Positions 63,908 to 64,000 of a stretch of 64,000 nucleotides of DNA are shown one piece after another. The DNA comes from Euryarchaeota archaeon RBG_19FT_COMBO_56_21. GTDB lineage: Archaea > Thermoplasmatota > Thermoplasmata > UBA10834. The notes beneath the pieces were generated by a model that worked only from the letters and a program-made list of their open reading frames with translations, made no database searches and had not been told where the DNA came from. The stretch covers positions 54,431 through 118,430 of the forward strand of contig MGWC01000001.1 of assembly GCA_001800815.1 (NCBI GenBank), written 5' to 3'. Within the stretch, counting starts at the first letter, position 1. Each line of letters starts with the position of its first letter. Position numbers and translations under genes: made by a program.

Positions 63908-64000
63908 GTCCTCGCGAGCACGCAGAAATGTCTTGTGAGCGACCGGTGCACCCAAAGTTCATGGCTCTCGACCAGCTCGAAGCCGTTCGCCTTTTCCAGC

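Noticed and set aside
1-64000. CRISPR arrays, transposases, integrases or prophage genes, especially near the tRNA-Leu at 50920.
   Set aside because: No direct-repeat arrays and no DDE/tyrosine recombinase-like ORFs were found. The tRNA is followed by chromosomal-type genes (PKD protein, moa operon).

Overview
The window is a high-GC (~58-60%) chromosomal segment, almost certainly archaeal. Archaeal markers: an ether-lipid gene pair (GGGPS and DGGGPS), a TiaS-like domain protein, KaiC-like RecA ATPases, a tRNA-Leu lacking an encoded CCA end, and TATA-like boxes placed ~25-30 nt upstream of transcription starts. The dominant content is a bacterial-type, tetrahydrofolate (THF)-dependent Wood-Ljungdahl / C1 island. 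It contains a CooS-AcsB (CODH/ACS) fusion ORF of 1379 aa; corrinoid iron-sulfur protein subunits AcsC and AcsD; the methyltransferase AcsE; the corrinoid activator RACo/AcsV; and two CooC-type Ni-insertion ATPases. It also contains Fhs, FolD, MetV-MetF and PurH. Two paralogous split-HdrA + MvhD modules (QmoAB-like, with no HdrBC) are present. One sits in front of a small 4Fe-4S protein plus a Cys-type (non-selenocysteine) formate dehydrogenase FdhA. The other sits in front of MetVF. Supporting genes include a molybdenum/tungsten cofactor operon (moaA-moaE-moaC-moaB-moeA, plus a partial mobB), a TupABC tungstate ABC transporter, an oxalate/formate-family MFS transporter, a beta-carbonic anhydrase and an AMP-forming acetyl-CoA synthetase. 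Other features are an AbiE-like toxin-antitoxin pair with a perfect 13-bp-arm inverted repeat upstream, Lrp/AsnC, UppS, KptA, PKD-repeat surface proteins, a site-2 protease, and an unannotated 48-aa zinc-ribbon ORF. Many genes use GTG/TTG starts and overlapping stop/start couplings (ATGA, GTGA). No CRISPR array, transposase or integrase was seen. The most notable items are the CooS-AcsB fusion and the HdrBC-less HdrA2-MvhD modules wired to FDH and to methylene-THF reductase in an archaeon.
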